A stretch of DNA of 64,000 bases from an uncultured Planctomycetota bacterium (GCA_963823665.1 CAWGMQ010000010.1:1088001-1152000); one strand, 5' to 3'. Counted from the stretch's first letter, positions 34,102 to 44,889 are shown. Numbers and translations are program-made. Notes: generated from the sequence alone by a model not told the origin.

Positions 34102-34708
34102 CTACTGTACAAGGTTCGTGCCGGCGTGCTGTTCTGATCTGAACCCGTTAGAGCTTTGCTGAATACGATCCCTCGATGCCTGGATCACCTCGATGATTAG
34201 TTCGGGGAAAATCTCGACGACGCGTTCCGGGCATTCGACCTTGGCGAATTGGTAGACCGAGCGCAGTACGCTGTACAACCTCCAACCTCGTTCAAGGAAG
34301 AAAGATTCCTCAACCTCGGAGCATGCTTCCATCACGCGTGCCATCTTGGAAATGTATTCGACGGAAGCGTAGTGACCGAGAGCCCGACAAAGGAGAATGG
34401 CACCCACCCCTCTACATTGGTTGCAAGTCACCCGGCCAGCGCCCCGACATTGCGGACACCGCGGACCCACGCGACCCTTTCCGCGTTCGTAATAAGTCCC
34501 TCCGCATGCGAAACAACCTTGAAGTTTCTCGAGGTTGTACCACCCGCTCCCTTCACAGCGCGCACATCTCGGGAGTAGAACTTCGATTGAAACCGCTCCC
34601 AATACATTCGGCGCAGCGAACCTGTCCATGTTCACAAAGCGGACACTCGATCGTGTCATCGGTTTTGAGCACGCAGACATCAACGGGGAGTTCCATCGGG
34701 TCACCCAT
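34102..34708 (-). CDS. DnaJ-type zinc-finger repeat protein; frameshift near 34570
   Basis: CPLCEHG, CAECIGSG (ORF 34553-34810) then CARCEGSG, CFACGG, CPQCRGAG, CNQCRGVG. Confidence 0.65.
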
Positions 34709-35038
34709 GTAGTGCCGTCGCTCGCCATATTGTGCCGTGGCGGTGAGATGCGAGCGCGACGGCTCTATTAGCCTCTTTTGGATTCTGAACGATCCGATCC
34801 GGGACTGCAAGGTCGTGGTTCGGAGCCTCGTGATCCCACCGGGGACTGTTAAAGGTGTCTGACACCTTTGTTCCAGCCGTTCGCGCCTCAGGGCCGGGCT
34901 TTCCCGCTTTGCTCAGGTAAGCAACGTTGCTCCGCGAACGGCTACGAGCTTAGAATCAAAGGCAGTCGCAAAAGGGGGCGACATGGCGATTGAGTCGCTT
35001 TCGTTCCAGAGACTTTGATCAGCTCGAGAGAATGACCA

Positions 35039-35299
35039 ATGGCCACGGCGACCGGCAGGATCTTCAAGCAAGCTGATCGTCAGGGCGGCGACGCCTGCGT
35101 TAAGGGCACGCGCATCCCGGTTTGGGTTCTGGACAACTGTCGCCGTCTGGGTATGCCCGATGCCCAAATCCTGTCGACCTACCCATCGCTCTCGCCTCCC
35201 GACCTGGAAGCCGCCTGGGATTACGTCGCAGCCAACCGGGAAGAGATCGAGCAGGCCATCCGCGAAAACGAAGAGGGCGACGACGGCCGCGTGGAGTAA
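35039..35299 (+). CDS. DUF433 antitoxin (copy 1); partner toxin truncated after MLLYADEDFA
   Basis: GGDACVKGTRIPV...YPSLSPPDLEAAWDY; nearly identical to 59034-59294. Confidence 0.88.
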   Translation: MATATGRIFKQADRQGGDACVKGTRIPVWVLDNCRRLGMPDAQILSTYPSLSPPDLEAAWDYVAANREEIEQAIRENEEGDDGRVE

Positions 35300-35407
35300 C
35301 GGCGGATGCTGCTCTACGCGGACGAGGACTTCGCTTCATCTGGGTGATGAGACTACCTACTCCAGGGAAACCTGGGCCGATAGAATGGGAAGAAAGGAGC
35401 TCACCCG

Positions 35408-35730
35408 TGTACGCCCGGATCATCGACGAGAGTAATCCACGCTACCGCGGGCCCCTGCCCAAGCCACGCGGACTCCTTCCGGTGCCGCCGGAGATCGCCG
35501 AGGAGATCGCCCGGGAACAAGCGTCAGAGCAGCCATACTACACTGATAATTACGCGAAATTGACACGCGACGACTGGACGCTGAGGTACTACTACGAAGG
35601 AGAAACCGTCGCGAGCCGAAGCACGCCGGAGGGGATCGAGGTGCTGGCCGTCGGTCCGGAGGAGGTCCGCCGGTTCTACCAGGAGACGCCGCCCGAGAAT
35701 CGGCAAGGCGTGATGATTCAGCACCCGTGA
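35408..35730 (+). CDS. Small hypothetical protein, partner of the retropepsin-like gene (copy 1)
   Basis: GTG start after AAGGAG; MYARIIDESNPRYRGPLPKP...YYYEGETVASRSTPEGIEVLAVG. Confidence 0.7.
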
Positions 35731-35742
35731 GGTGTCGCTCCG

Positions 35743-36189
35743 ATGAGTCGTCTCGAAGTCCCTCTGCAACAGCGGACGCTCCGCGCTACGGGCGATACGG
35801 TAATCTGGGCTGATCTCGTTCTGACCTTGAAGACCAACCGCGGTGCTTGGGAGGAGGTTCCGTTCCGAGTGGATTCCGGAACGGAAATGACCACCATGCC
35901 AGCATTCGATGCCAAGTCGCTGGACTTGCCGATCCCGAAGAAGCCAGTGTCGAACCTACTTCTTTACGGCCAAGAGGTCCGTTCCGGCCTGCTCCGGGCG
36001 CGGGTTGTCGGTATGGACCTGACCGAGTTCGTATTCCCCTGCTACTTCATTGGCGACCCGGATGTTCTCCCGCCGACGCAAGCGCGGAATCTCATGGGAC
36101 TGACCGGTGTGATCAACCAGATCTGCCTCACCTTCGATGGCAGGTCGACCGTGCGCTCGCCGCGCGGCGTCTTGGTGGTGGAGAAGTGA
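35743..36189 (+). CDS. Retropepsin-like aspartyl protease
   Basis: FRVDSG catalytic motif; C-terminal NLMGLTG; 148 aa. Confidence 0.75.
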   Translation: MSRLEVPLQQRTLRATGDTVIWADLVLTLKTNRGAWEEVPFRVDSGTEMTTMPAFDAKSLDLPIPKKPVSNLLLYGQEVRSGLLRARVVGMDLTEFVFPCYFIGDPDVLPPTQARNLMGLTGVINQICLTFDGRSTVRSPRGVLVVEK

Positions 36190-36217
36190 TCGCAGCCGGC
36201 TGGCCGGCTCGACCAAA

Positions 36218-36424
36218 TACCGAACGTGGGACCTGAACCCACACCCCTTGCCGGGGCCGGATTTTGAGTCCGGAGCGTCTGCGATATGCGTGGTATTGGG
36301 AGACACGGTGCAGTGATACTTAAGGCCCTTGTTTTCAGGGCAGCTACGATGCCGCACTGAGCGACGCACATTGCAGCGGCATTGGGCTGATATTGCCAGT
36401 TCTGTTACCAATTTGTCGCCAAAT
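36218..36424 (-). repeat. tRNA-Leu(CAA) 3' fragment plus arm; att-like copy B
   Basis: taccgaacgtgggacctgaacccacaccccttgccggggccggattttgagtccggagcgtctgc. Confidence 0.85.
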
Positions 36425-36604
36425 CGGCCAACCTGGCCGATCTGTGAACAACCGGTTGAGGTGGCGGTTCGGCGGTTCCGCGTCAACGGCCGCTGGATTC
36501 CCGCCGCGTGATCACCGACCGGAAGCCTTCCGCGAGCTGGCTAATGCCGGGATCGTAGACCAGCTCCATTACTTACTGGCGGGAGTTCGGTATGGTGTCC
36601 CCTG

Positions 36605-36890
36605 AACAAAGGCGCCTACGTCGCGTCAAGGCGCACGTCGCTCGGGGTCGAGGTCTTGGCCGTTGGTTGGGATGAGGTCAGCGAGTTTATCAAGCATCAC
36701 CCTCCCGAGACTCGGCACGACGTACGGATTGGGACGGTGTAGATGCCGCGACTTGAGATCTCAATTCCGGGCCGGTGCGGCCTCGGAGCCTGCTCGGCGT
36801 CACGGGGGTCATCAATAAGATCCGCCTCACGTTCGACGGCACACCAACGCCGGTCGCCCAGAAAGGGGTTCTCGTGGTCGAGAAGAAGTA
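36605..36890 (+). pseudogene. Degraded second copy of the small-protein/retropepsin pair
   Basis: ..TSLGVEVLAVGWDEVS..; atgccgcgacttgagatc start; LLGVTGVINKIRLTFDG...GVLVVEKK* end; middle deleted. Confidence 0.7.
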
Positions 36891-36900
36891 GCCGGCGCAG

Positions 36901-37070
36901 TACCGAAGGGGTCACTTGAACCCGCATCCTCTCTGCGGAGACCGGATTTTGAGTCCGGAGCGTCTGCGATATGCGTGGTATTGGGCTGGTGTTGATTTGG
37001 CGTGGATTCCAGGGATTTCTTAGGGGTTTACGACAACCCCTGGTGTTCTTCGCATTGTAGCCGTGGGTTC
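36901..37070 (-). repeat. tRNA-Leu(CAA) 3' fragment plus arm; att-like copy C
   Basis: taccgaaggggtcacttgaacccgcatcctctctgcggagaccggattttgagtccggagcgtctgc. Confidence 0.83.
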
Positions 37071-37274
37071 TGGGGACACCTTGACGATCTCGGGGGCTGG
37101 GCTAAACCGCTTCGCGGTAGGGAAATGTCATGGTTGCCGATCAGGCAGTCATTCCCAAGCTTTCCGTTCGAGGAGAAACGCGTGGACCTGCGCCCCAACC
37201 GTGATGACCGTCGTCGAAAACTCCCTATTGCAGGGAAACTTCGTCCGATACAATCAGAAGGAAGGAGCCTGGCC

Positions 37275-37598
37275 ATGTACGCCCGGATCATCGACGAGAG
37301 TAATCCCCGCTACCGGGGGCCGTTGCCCAAGCCACGCGGGCTGCTACCGGTGCCGCCGGAGATCGCCGAGGAGATCGCCCGTGATCAGGCAGCACATCAG
37401 CCGAACTATACAGACGATTACGCGAAACTGACGCGCGACGACTGGACGCTGAGGTACTACTACGAAGGCGAGATGGTCGCCAGCCGGAGCACACCGGCGG
37501 GAGTCGAGGTTTTGGCGGTCGGATGGGAGGAAGTCAGCCGGTTCTTTGAGCAGACACCAGATGCAGAGCAGCAGGGTGTTATGATCCGGCATCCCTGA
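37275..37598 (+). CDS. Small hypothetical protein (copy 3); following retropepsin gene truncated after ~20 codons
   Basis: Near-identical to 35408-35730; followed by MRRLEIPLQQRMFRA at 37611. Confidence 0.7.
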   Translation: MYARIIDESNPRYRGPLPKPRGLLPVPPEIAEEIARDQAAHQPNYTDDYAKLTRDDWTLRYYYEGEMVASRSTPAGVEVLAVGWEEVSRFFEQTPDAEQQGVMIRHP

Positions 37599-37697
37599 GG
37601 CGACGGTTCCATGAGGCGTCTCGAGATCCCTCTCCAACAGCGGATGTTCCGGGCATACGACCGTGGCGAATAACAGGTTCTGTCGGCCCCAGCTTCA

Positions 37698-40600
37698 CTA
37701 CACCCGAACCGCCGCAATCATGCGTGCGAGCCGCGCCAGCTCGCGTCTGGGCCCCGGGTCGTTGGGCAGCAGGCGGACTGCTTGCTCACACGCGGCCCTC
37801 GCCTCCGTCAGCCGGTCGCCGTCGGTAAGGGCGTAGCTCAGGTTGAAAAAAGTCGGGCCGTAATTCGGCCGGTGCCGTAGCGACTGGCGATACGCCACCA
37901 CAGCTTCCTCGTGGCGGCCGTTCCTCATGAGGACCACGCCCAGACTGTGGTACGCCGTGGCGTCGATGGGGTCACGTGCTAACAACGCCCGAAGCGCCTG
38001 TTCGCCTTCCTCGTCCGTTCCGTGATGGAAGAAGAAATCGCCGCTCTCTCGTACCGTCCCGAAGTCGCCGGGATTTTCCGCAAGCGCGGTTTCCAGCGCG
38101 GCGCGCGCCGCGGCGAACTGCTGCTTGGCCCACTCCACACGACTCTTCAGCAAGTGCCCCTCAACGCGAACGTGTGGGTCCGTCAGAAGCTCGTCCGCCA
38201 CTTGGTCTGCATCCGCCAGGCGCTCTAGCTGGATCAGGGTCTCGCCCAGCTCGCGCCAGGCCAGGCGATAACGCGGCACCTCGCGAACGACCGCGCGCCA
38301 CTGACGCTCGGCCCCGGGCAGGTCACCCATCGTCTTGAGCAGCAGGGCGAGATTCCGGCGGGCCAGGTAGCCCTTCATGCCCAAATTGATGCTCGAAAAC
38401 TGGAATGCGCCGCTCCCCCCATCATCGAGCAGAGCCAAGTACGCATCGCGGGCCTCGGCCAGCCGGCCCAGCTCTTGTAATGCACCGGCCTCGCGGAACC
38501 GAAGCTCCACATCGTGCGGCTGAAACTTCAGGCCCTGCCGGCAGGCCGCGAGGGCTTCCTCGGGCCGCTTTTGCTGCATCTCGGCTAACGCCAAAAACGC
38601 AAAGGCCTTCTTCACGTGGGAATCACGGGGGTCGGACGCGCGAATGCTCCGGCGCAGGCAGTCGGCCGCATCGGAGGGACGATTCAGATGAAGCAGCGTC
38701 ATCCCGATGTTGAACAACGTAAACGTGTGCTCGGGCCGCTCGGCCAGCTCCAGTGAGAGCAGCCGCATGTCGCGCTCCAGTTTCTTCGCCTGCCCGGCGG
38801 GACTTCGATCGGAGCCGGAATGAACGACGTGCAGGTTGGTCGGGACAACGCGGGCGTTCATCCTGTTGATCGCGGTCAGAATTTGCTCGTGCATCCGCCC
38901 GTCAAACCGCAATTCCGGCAAGTTGCGAAACAGCTTGACGTGGTCAACCGCTTCCAAGCCTATCCCAGCCTGCTCCTCCTCCAGGGAACCCAGGCAATGC
39001 ACCTGCATGACATACCCAACGATGTTCGGATCATTCTGATGCTCGACAAGATGTCTCAGCCCGTGGCCGCATTCGGCCGGAATGGTGTCGTCCGAATCCA
39101 TCCAGAACAGCCAATCGCCCGTCGCGTGGCGCAGTGACTCATTACGCGCAGCCGAGAAATCATCGCACCACGGAAAGTGAAAGAGCTTGGCGCCGAACGA
39201 CTCAACAATCCGCGGCGTTTCATCAACTGAGCCGGTATCAACGACGATCATCTCATCAACCCACGGCCGGATGCTCTCGAGGCATGGACCAATCGTCCGT
39301 GCGTTATCTCGCACGATCATGCAGAGCGAAAGCTTGGGCGTTTTGAGGTCGAGCCGCAGCCGCAGCCCGCCCTCGGGCGCCATGTCGACTGCGAACGGCC
39401 CCGGCCCGACCCGCGGCGAGCGTGTGACCCAGTTCATCGGCGACGGATGAAGGCGCTCGCCGTTGCGGCCATGGCCGTTGGCCGACCACTTTGCCAAGAA
39501 TCGTGCGTGGTTCTCGCGCATGAGCGAGCCGGCGTCGACGCCGCTGCCCAGGAATGTGCGACTTCCAAAGTGATGCACGAAACTGTCGCCGGCGATCACC
39601 GCCCGAAACCCCGCCGCAATCGCCCGCAAGCAGTAATCATCATCCTCAAAGCACCCGATCCCGAACTGCTCATCGAGCAACCCGATCGCGTCGATCAATT
39701 CGCGCTTGATCAACAAGCAGAACCCCACCAGCCGGCTCACCTCGACCATCACGCCGTTTTGGACCTTGCCGAAATCCCACGCAAAGCCATCCAGCTCAGC
39801 GATATTGTCGTACGACACCTCAATCTGCTGGGGCCCACTCACAAAGTTCGATCGCGGCCCAACCAGCCCGACGCTATCATCACCGCCGCGAAGCGCCCGA
39901 AGCATGCGCCCCAGCCACCCTGTCGTGACCACCACGTCGTTATTGAGCAGCAGCACTTGCTTGCCGGCCGCAACGCCTATCCCCTGATTGGCCGCTACCG
40001 GGAAGCCGCGGTTCGACTCATTCTCGATCAACCGCACGTCGCCCATCGCCCGCAGGTATTCGACGCTTCCATCGGTCGAGCCGTTGTCGACGACGATGAT
40101 CTCGTATGGCTCATCGGTCAGCAGCCGGATGCTGTCCAGGCACTGTCGGGTAAAGGTGATCTCGTTAAAAGTGACGATCACGATCGAGGTCAGGCCGTAT
40201 TCGGGCGCCGGCAACGGCTGTGCGCGGACGAGGAACTGATACGTGTAAAACTCATCGACGTCGCTCTGAGAGAGTCCACCAATGGAAAGCCCGCCGAGCT
40301 GGACTGTCCCATTCGCGCCATTTCGTTGCGAGAGGTCGTCACCCGGTCCACGCACCGACCACATGCCGTCGATGGCAAAGCCTGCACGATGAAACAGCTT
40401 CTCGATTTCGCGGCGAGTGAAGAATCGCAGATGGGTGCGATCGAGCAGCCCGGCTGATTCGTAGGTCCAGTTGCCTTGCAGCAGCGAGCGAACAACGCTG
40501 TGATGCCGCACGTTGGGAATGCTCGCGACGATGCAACCGTCAGGCGCGAGCCAGTCACGTATCTGTTTGAGCACCCGCGCCGGCTCGCGCAGGTGCTCGA

Positions 40601-41864
40601 GAACGTCGGCGCAGACGATCGCATCGAACGATCCGGGCGGGATCTCGAGATCAAGCTCCTCGATATCGCCGGCCCACACGTGGTCAAGCCGCTCGCGCGC
40701 GCCAGCGGCGGCCTGGGCATCGAGCTCGATGCCCGAGACAATTGCGTTCTGCCGCTGCTTGATCGCCTCGCCGAGCCGGCCCGCGCCGCAGCCGATGTCG
40801 AGCACGCGGCGGGCGGTCTGTGGCACAAGCGCGACGACCTCGGGGCGGGGATACCCGAAATAGAACGGGTCAGGCGTGCCCATTCTAGATCCTGGATTTT
40901 GGATTTTGGATTGGGTGTTGTCGGGATCGGATTCACCGGGGCCGTTCCAGAGCGCGAGCGCTTTGGGTGCGCGCTCGCCAACCCCGTTCGAGTCCACCGC
41001 GAGTGGCTGGACCATCGTGCGCGAGAGCGTCTCCTCCGCCCGCCGAAGAATCGCCTCCATCCGATGCGCATACGTGTGCTTGGCGATCGCCTCGTCCCGC
41101 CCCGCGGCCGCAATCCGTTCGCGCAACGCCTCGCGCTCGATATAGAACGCAAGCTTATCGAGCAGGTCATCACCGTCGCGGTAGGTCGCGAGGTGCACGC
41201 CATCGCGAAACAGCTCGGCCAGGCCGTTGTCGCTCAGATCGTTGGTCATGAGCAGCGACCCGCAGGCAACGGCCTCGAACACGCGCATATTCACGTCATT
41301 GCGGATGCTGCGATTGAACGCGATGCGGGCAGCCGAGTAGGTGCGTGCCATGTCGTCGAAATAGCATTGGCCGATGAACGAATTCCGGTAGCGTCGCTGA
41401 ATGATTCCCAGCAATTCGGCTCGTGTCCCCGGAAAAACATTCCCAACGAACGCGACGTCGTACTGCTTGGCCAAATCATCGTGCTTGCGATGAACACCCG
41501 GATCACAAGCCAGCGGCAGCCATGAAGCGGATCGAACTCCGATGCCGCGGAGCAAATCGACGCCGTCGCGCTGCGCAGCAAACACCAGGTCGAACCGCGG
41601 CGCCTTCTCGCGGCAGCGGTCAAAATCAAGGTGTGTATCGATCGCCCAGAAAGCGCTGGGCCGGCAATCCGCGGGTAAATGATAGCGCAGTCCGTCATCG
41701 ATATTCAGGTAGAGATCGAAGCCGGTGCGAGGCATGCGCTCGAGCTCGTGAGGCTGAAAATGCTGAACCTCGACGAAGCGCTCGAGAGCGCGGTGACAAT
41801 AAACGCCGGCAGTTTCCGGCCGCAGGGTGGTATCAAAGACAATGGCGACGCGTCGAATGTCCAT
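37698..41864 (-). CDS. Multidomain glycosyltransferase: GT-B (CgeB-like) + SAM methyltransferase + two GT2 domains + TPRs
   Basis: NMRVFEAVACG; VLDIGCGAG; SIVIVTFN/LLNNDV; LSLCMIVRD/WMDSDD; C-terminal TPR helices. Confidence 0.9.
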   Translation of the reverse strand: MDIRRVAIVFDTTLRPETAGVYCHRALERFVEVQHFQPHELERMPRTGFDLYLNIDDGLRYHLPADCRPSAFWAIDTHLDFDRCREKAPRFDLVFAAQRDGVDLLRGIGVRSASWLPLACDPGVHRKHDDLAKQYDVAFVGNVFPGTRAELLGIIQRRYRNSFIGQCYFDDMARTYSAARIAFNRSIRNDVNMRVFEAVACGSLLMTNDLSDNGLAELFRDGVHLATYRDGDDLLDKLAFYIEREALRERIAAAGRDEAIAKHTYAHRMEAILRRAEETLSRTMVQPLAVDSNGVGERAPKALALWNGPGESDPDNTQSKIQNPGSRMGTPDPFYFGYPRPEVVALVPQTARRVLDIGCGAGRLGEAIKQRQNAIVSGIELDAQAAAGARERLDHVWAGDIEELDLEIPPGSFDAIVCADVLEHLREPARVLKQIRDWLAPDGCIVASIPNVRHHSVVRSLLQGNWTYESAGLLDRTHLRFFTRREIEKLFHRAGFAIDGMWSVRGPGDDLSQRNGANGTVQLGGLSIGGLSQSDVDEFYTYQFLVRAQPLPAPEYGLTSIVIVTFNEITFTRQCLDSIRLLTDEPYEIIVVDNGSTDGSVEYLRAMGDVRLIENESNRGFPVAANQGIGVAAGKQVLLLNNDVVVTTGWLGRMLRALRGGDDSVGLVGPRSNFVSGPQQIEVSYDNIAELDGFAWDFGKVQNGVMVEVSRLVGFCLLIKRELIDAIGLLDEQFGIGCFEDDDYCLRAIAAGFRAVIAGDSFVHHFGSRTFLGSGVDAGSLMRENHARFLAKWSANGHGRNGERLHPSPMNWVTRSPRVGPGPFAVDMAPEGGLRLRLDLKTPKLSLCMIVRDNARTIGPCLESIRPWVDEMIVVDTGSVDETPRIVESFGAKLFHFPWCDDFSAARNESLRHATGDWLFWMDSDDTIPAECGHGLRHLVEHQNDPNIVGYVMQVHCLGSLEEEQAGIGLEAVDHVKLFRNLPELRFDGRMHEQILTAINRMNARVVPTNLHVVHSGSDRSPAGQAKKLERDMRLLSLELAERPEHTFTLFNIGMTLLHLNRPSDAADCLRRSIRASDPRDSHVKKAFAFLALAEMQQKRPEEALAACRQGLKFQPHDVELRFREAGALQELGRLAEARDAYLALLDDGGSGAFQFSSINLGMKGYLARRNLALLLKTMGDLPGAERQWRAVVREVPRYRLAWRELGETLIQLERLADADQVADELLTDPHVRVEGHLLKSRVEWAKQQFAAARAALETALAENPGDFGTVRESGDFFFHHGTDEEGEQALRALLARDPIDATAYHSLGVVLMRNGRHEEAVVAYRQSLRHRPNYGPTFFNLSYALTDGDRLTEARAACEQAVRLLPNDPGPRRELARLARMIAAVRV

Positions 41865-42019
41865 GGTCGTTGTCCGGGTGTTTGGGCCACAAATCGGAGC
41901 TGTTTCGTATCAGAACAAACGAATCCACAAATACGGTCAGCCACCGATGAAGCGCGTATCAGAGCGCGAGCAATCGGACAGCAGAAGGCGCCTCTGACGA
42001 AAAGAGAACCCAATGCACT

Positions 42020-42310
42020 TAGCCACGGATGAGACACTGATGAAACACGGATGGGAACGAGAGGCGGCGGGAGGAGCAGTCGGATTTTGAACCACAGAGG
42101 ACACTGAGTTCACTGAGGTAAAGCAGGGCGGAACCGCATTAACCAAGATGATGGGGACCCGCACCCTCATCTTCGTTTCCTTCGTGGCCTCATGTTCAAA
42201 GACCTATTGAATCACCGGTTAACGCGAAGGGGCCATGTTGTCTAAACTGGGCACTTTGCCCGCCCAATTCATTGATTTTGAACAGAAGGTCGCAGAGGCA
42301 ACTAAGAGCG
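42020..42310. repeat. Cluster of short-period intergenic repeats
   Basis: gccacggatgagacactgatgaaacacggat; accacagaggacactgagttcactgag; cttcgtttccttcgtggcctcatgttcaaa; ttgaacagaaggtcgcagagg. Confidence 0.65.
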
Positions 42311-42467
42311 GACCGGAGCCGAAAACGGAGGTTGAACAACAGGGGCCACGGTGTCTGATCCGCAGTCGATTCCAACTCTCCGCCTGGCCAGTGCGAGGGT
42401 CGCGCCGAGCCATGCAGGCAACCGCCTCACCAAAAAATCAGTGTTTCCCAGAATCGCGAAACTCGAT

Positions 42468-44474
42468 TTACCGCTGTTGCACGCGCCGTGGCAGCAGTGG
42501 CCGCCAGTATCGCTTGATGACATCCGGCCACATGAAGTCCTCTTCAAATCGCCTCCGCCCCGCGAGGCCCATCTGACTGCGAAGATGAGGCTCATCCAGC
42601 AATCGCCCGATCTTCTCAGCCAGATCAAACGCATTCCCCGGCTCAAACAGCAACCCGGTTAATCCATCGCTCACCGTATACGGCAACCCGCCGATCCGAC
42701 TGGCGATCACGGGCTTGCCCGCCGCCATCGCCTCAACCGAAGTAATGCTCAGCGCATCCTGAGCGATCGTGGGCACCAAACAAATATCCGCGTCTCGATA
42801 ATGCCCAGGCAATTCATCCTGCGAGCACCAGCCAACAGAACGAGTAAACTCATCGATCGGCCCCGGCGGGTCGAACGTGACCACCAATTCAAAGTCACTT
42901 CGCGTCTCGCGCAAAATCCGGCAAGCCTCGTGCGCGACGTGAAACCCCTTGATGACCTCTCCGGCGACGGCCGCCATGAACAATGTCACGAGCGGGGGCG
43001 CCTCGAGGCCGGCGTCAGGCCTCCCAGGGTTCACACCCTGGGCTTTATGATGTCGCCCCGGTTGGGGCTCGGTGGATTGAAGGAGTTCAGCGCTGTCGAT
43101 CGTTAACCCGGGATTCACATCCGGCGCTGTATGATTTCGCCCCAGTTGGGGCTCGGAAGACTCGCGGTTCGACTCGCCGGCGACATCGCTCCCCACAACA
43201 GAAGGGGTGTGCTCGCCGGCCCGAAGCTTGGGATCTTCCCCGTCGGCGGGCCAGGGAAATCTCGCCGGATCGATGCCCCACGGGACGATGCAAACGCGGC
43301 GGGCGAATGGCTCGACCAGTGCGGCTGTGATCGGATTGAGCACGAGCACGGCCTCGGCCTCGAATAACATCTGCCGCATGAGGCCGTCATATTCCGCCGT
43401 GCCAACCCCAGCCAGCGCCCGCTCAACCTGATGAAGCGCCCCCGAATGCTGCCCCCGTTCGGCGAGGCACTGGTGGCAAACCTGCGGAGTCGCGAGCTGA
43501 TTCCTGGGGCACTGCTCAGCCTTCACCGGCCCGATGCCGAGCAGTCTCAGGTTGTTGAGCGGGCACAAGCACTCCTGCGCCTGCATGAGCAAAATCGCGG
43601 GATACCCGCGCATGGCGTCGGCCAGGTGAGGCTTCATATTCCAGGTATCAGAAATCACAACATAATCCGGCCCGAACGCATCCACCGCCACGCGGAACCG
43701 CTCCCGAATCGAGGCAACGTTCCACTCAGTTTCGGCGAAAGCAAGTGCCTCGCTGGCGACCAGGTCGTCGCGGGTGACTCGCCCGATTCCCCACGGCTCG
43801 TACTGGGCGTAGAAATGCCGCACCGCAAACCCATCCCGCCCGAGGAAGTCAACCAGGCCGGCCGTATGCATATTCCCGCCACCAGTCGACGGCCAGTTAA
43901 ACAGCAAGCTGAGCACAGCCACGCGCACCGGCCCCGGCTCGCGCGCCCCGGGATCTCCCCGCCATCCTCCCCATTCCGATTTCGAACTTCGAATTTCCGT
44001 TTTGATTTTCGACGTTCGAATTTCCGTTCGCAGCCGACCAGATCATTTCCGCGCGAACGAGCCCAAAATTCAGCCAGGCCGGCAGACACGCCTGATCACC
44101 TTCAACCACCCCGCGCCACTGCTCGCAAGCCTCCTCAAACTTCCCCTCCAACGCGTCAAGAACCGCGAGATCATTCTGAACGAGCGCCCGAAGCCGAGGG
44201 TTCGTGCTTCTCGAAAACTCGCGCGCAGCCGCAGATACGCTGCCCGAGCGTCCTCATACCGCCCCTCTCGCGCCAGCTCGCAAGCCCTCCAGTACCCCGC
44301 CGGCAGCCCGTTCCGAGCGGCCACTCTGCCTCCATCGTCCCCATTCGAATTTCGAGTTTTGGATTTCGAGTTTCCTGCTAATCCTTGTCGGATTTCGGAT
44401 TTCAAATCTCGGGTTTCCCCCCGCGGTTCCTTCGCCTTCTCACCCCTCCCAGATGCCTTCCCGCGCTTAGCCAT
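42468..44474 (-). CDS. GT4-family glycosyltransferase, probably with a frameshifted N-terminal TPR extension
   Basis: RVAVLSLLFNWPSTGGG, KGFH, EAMAAGKPVIASRIGGL; TPR-like text in ORFs 44070-44474 and 43897-44151. Confidence 0.82.
43023..43154. repeat. Two REP-like palindromic units inside the GT4 reading frame
   Basis: cccagggttcacaccctgggctttatgatgtcgccccggttggggctc and a diverged copy at 43107-43154. Confidence 0.8.
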
Positions 44475-44703
44475 CGCCGCCCCCGACCAATTTTGGATTT
44501 TGAGTTGCTGAGCTCAAGCTATGTTTCTGTCCCACTCCGCCGCGCCTTCGAGAACCCGTTCGGCATCGCCCGGGTCAGTGACAATCCTGGCCCAGCTCGT
44601 TCCGCTCAAACCCGCCCCCTTCCTTCCCCCGAATTCTTCCGTGAAAATCCGTGCCTTCCGTGGTTAAAAATCTTGATTCTTGTCTTTTCTTAGTTCGGTC
44701 ATC

Positions 44704-44889
44704 TCAACTGCGCCCCATCGGCGTATTCTGCTGGCTACGCACGGGAACGCCCAGCAACTCGAGCTCGCGCACCAGGCACCGCTCGTAATTGCTCTCCAAC
44801 AAGACCGGCCCCATGATCCGGTGCACTTCGATGACGGCTCCGATGACTTCACCAGAGAGGTTGTCTGCTTTGGGAAAAAACGGGTGCAT
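44704..44889 (-). pseudogene. Truncated GxxExxY (PD-(D/E)XK-type) gene
   Basis: LSGEVIGAVIEVHRIMGPVLLESNYERCLVREL; stops after ~55 codons. Confidence 0.8.
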
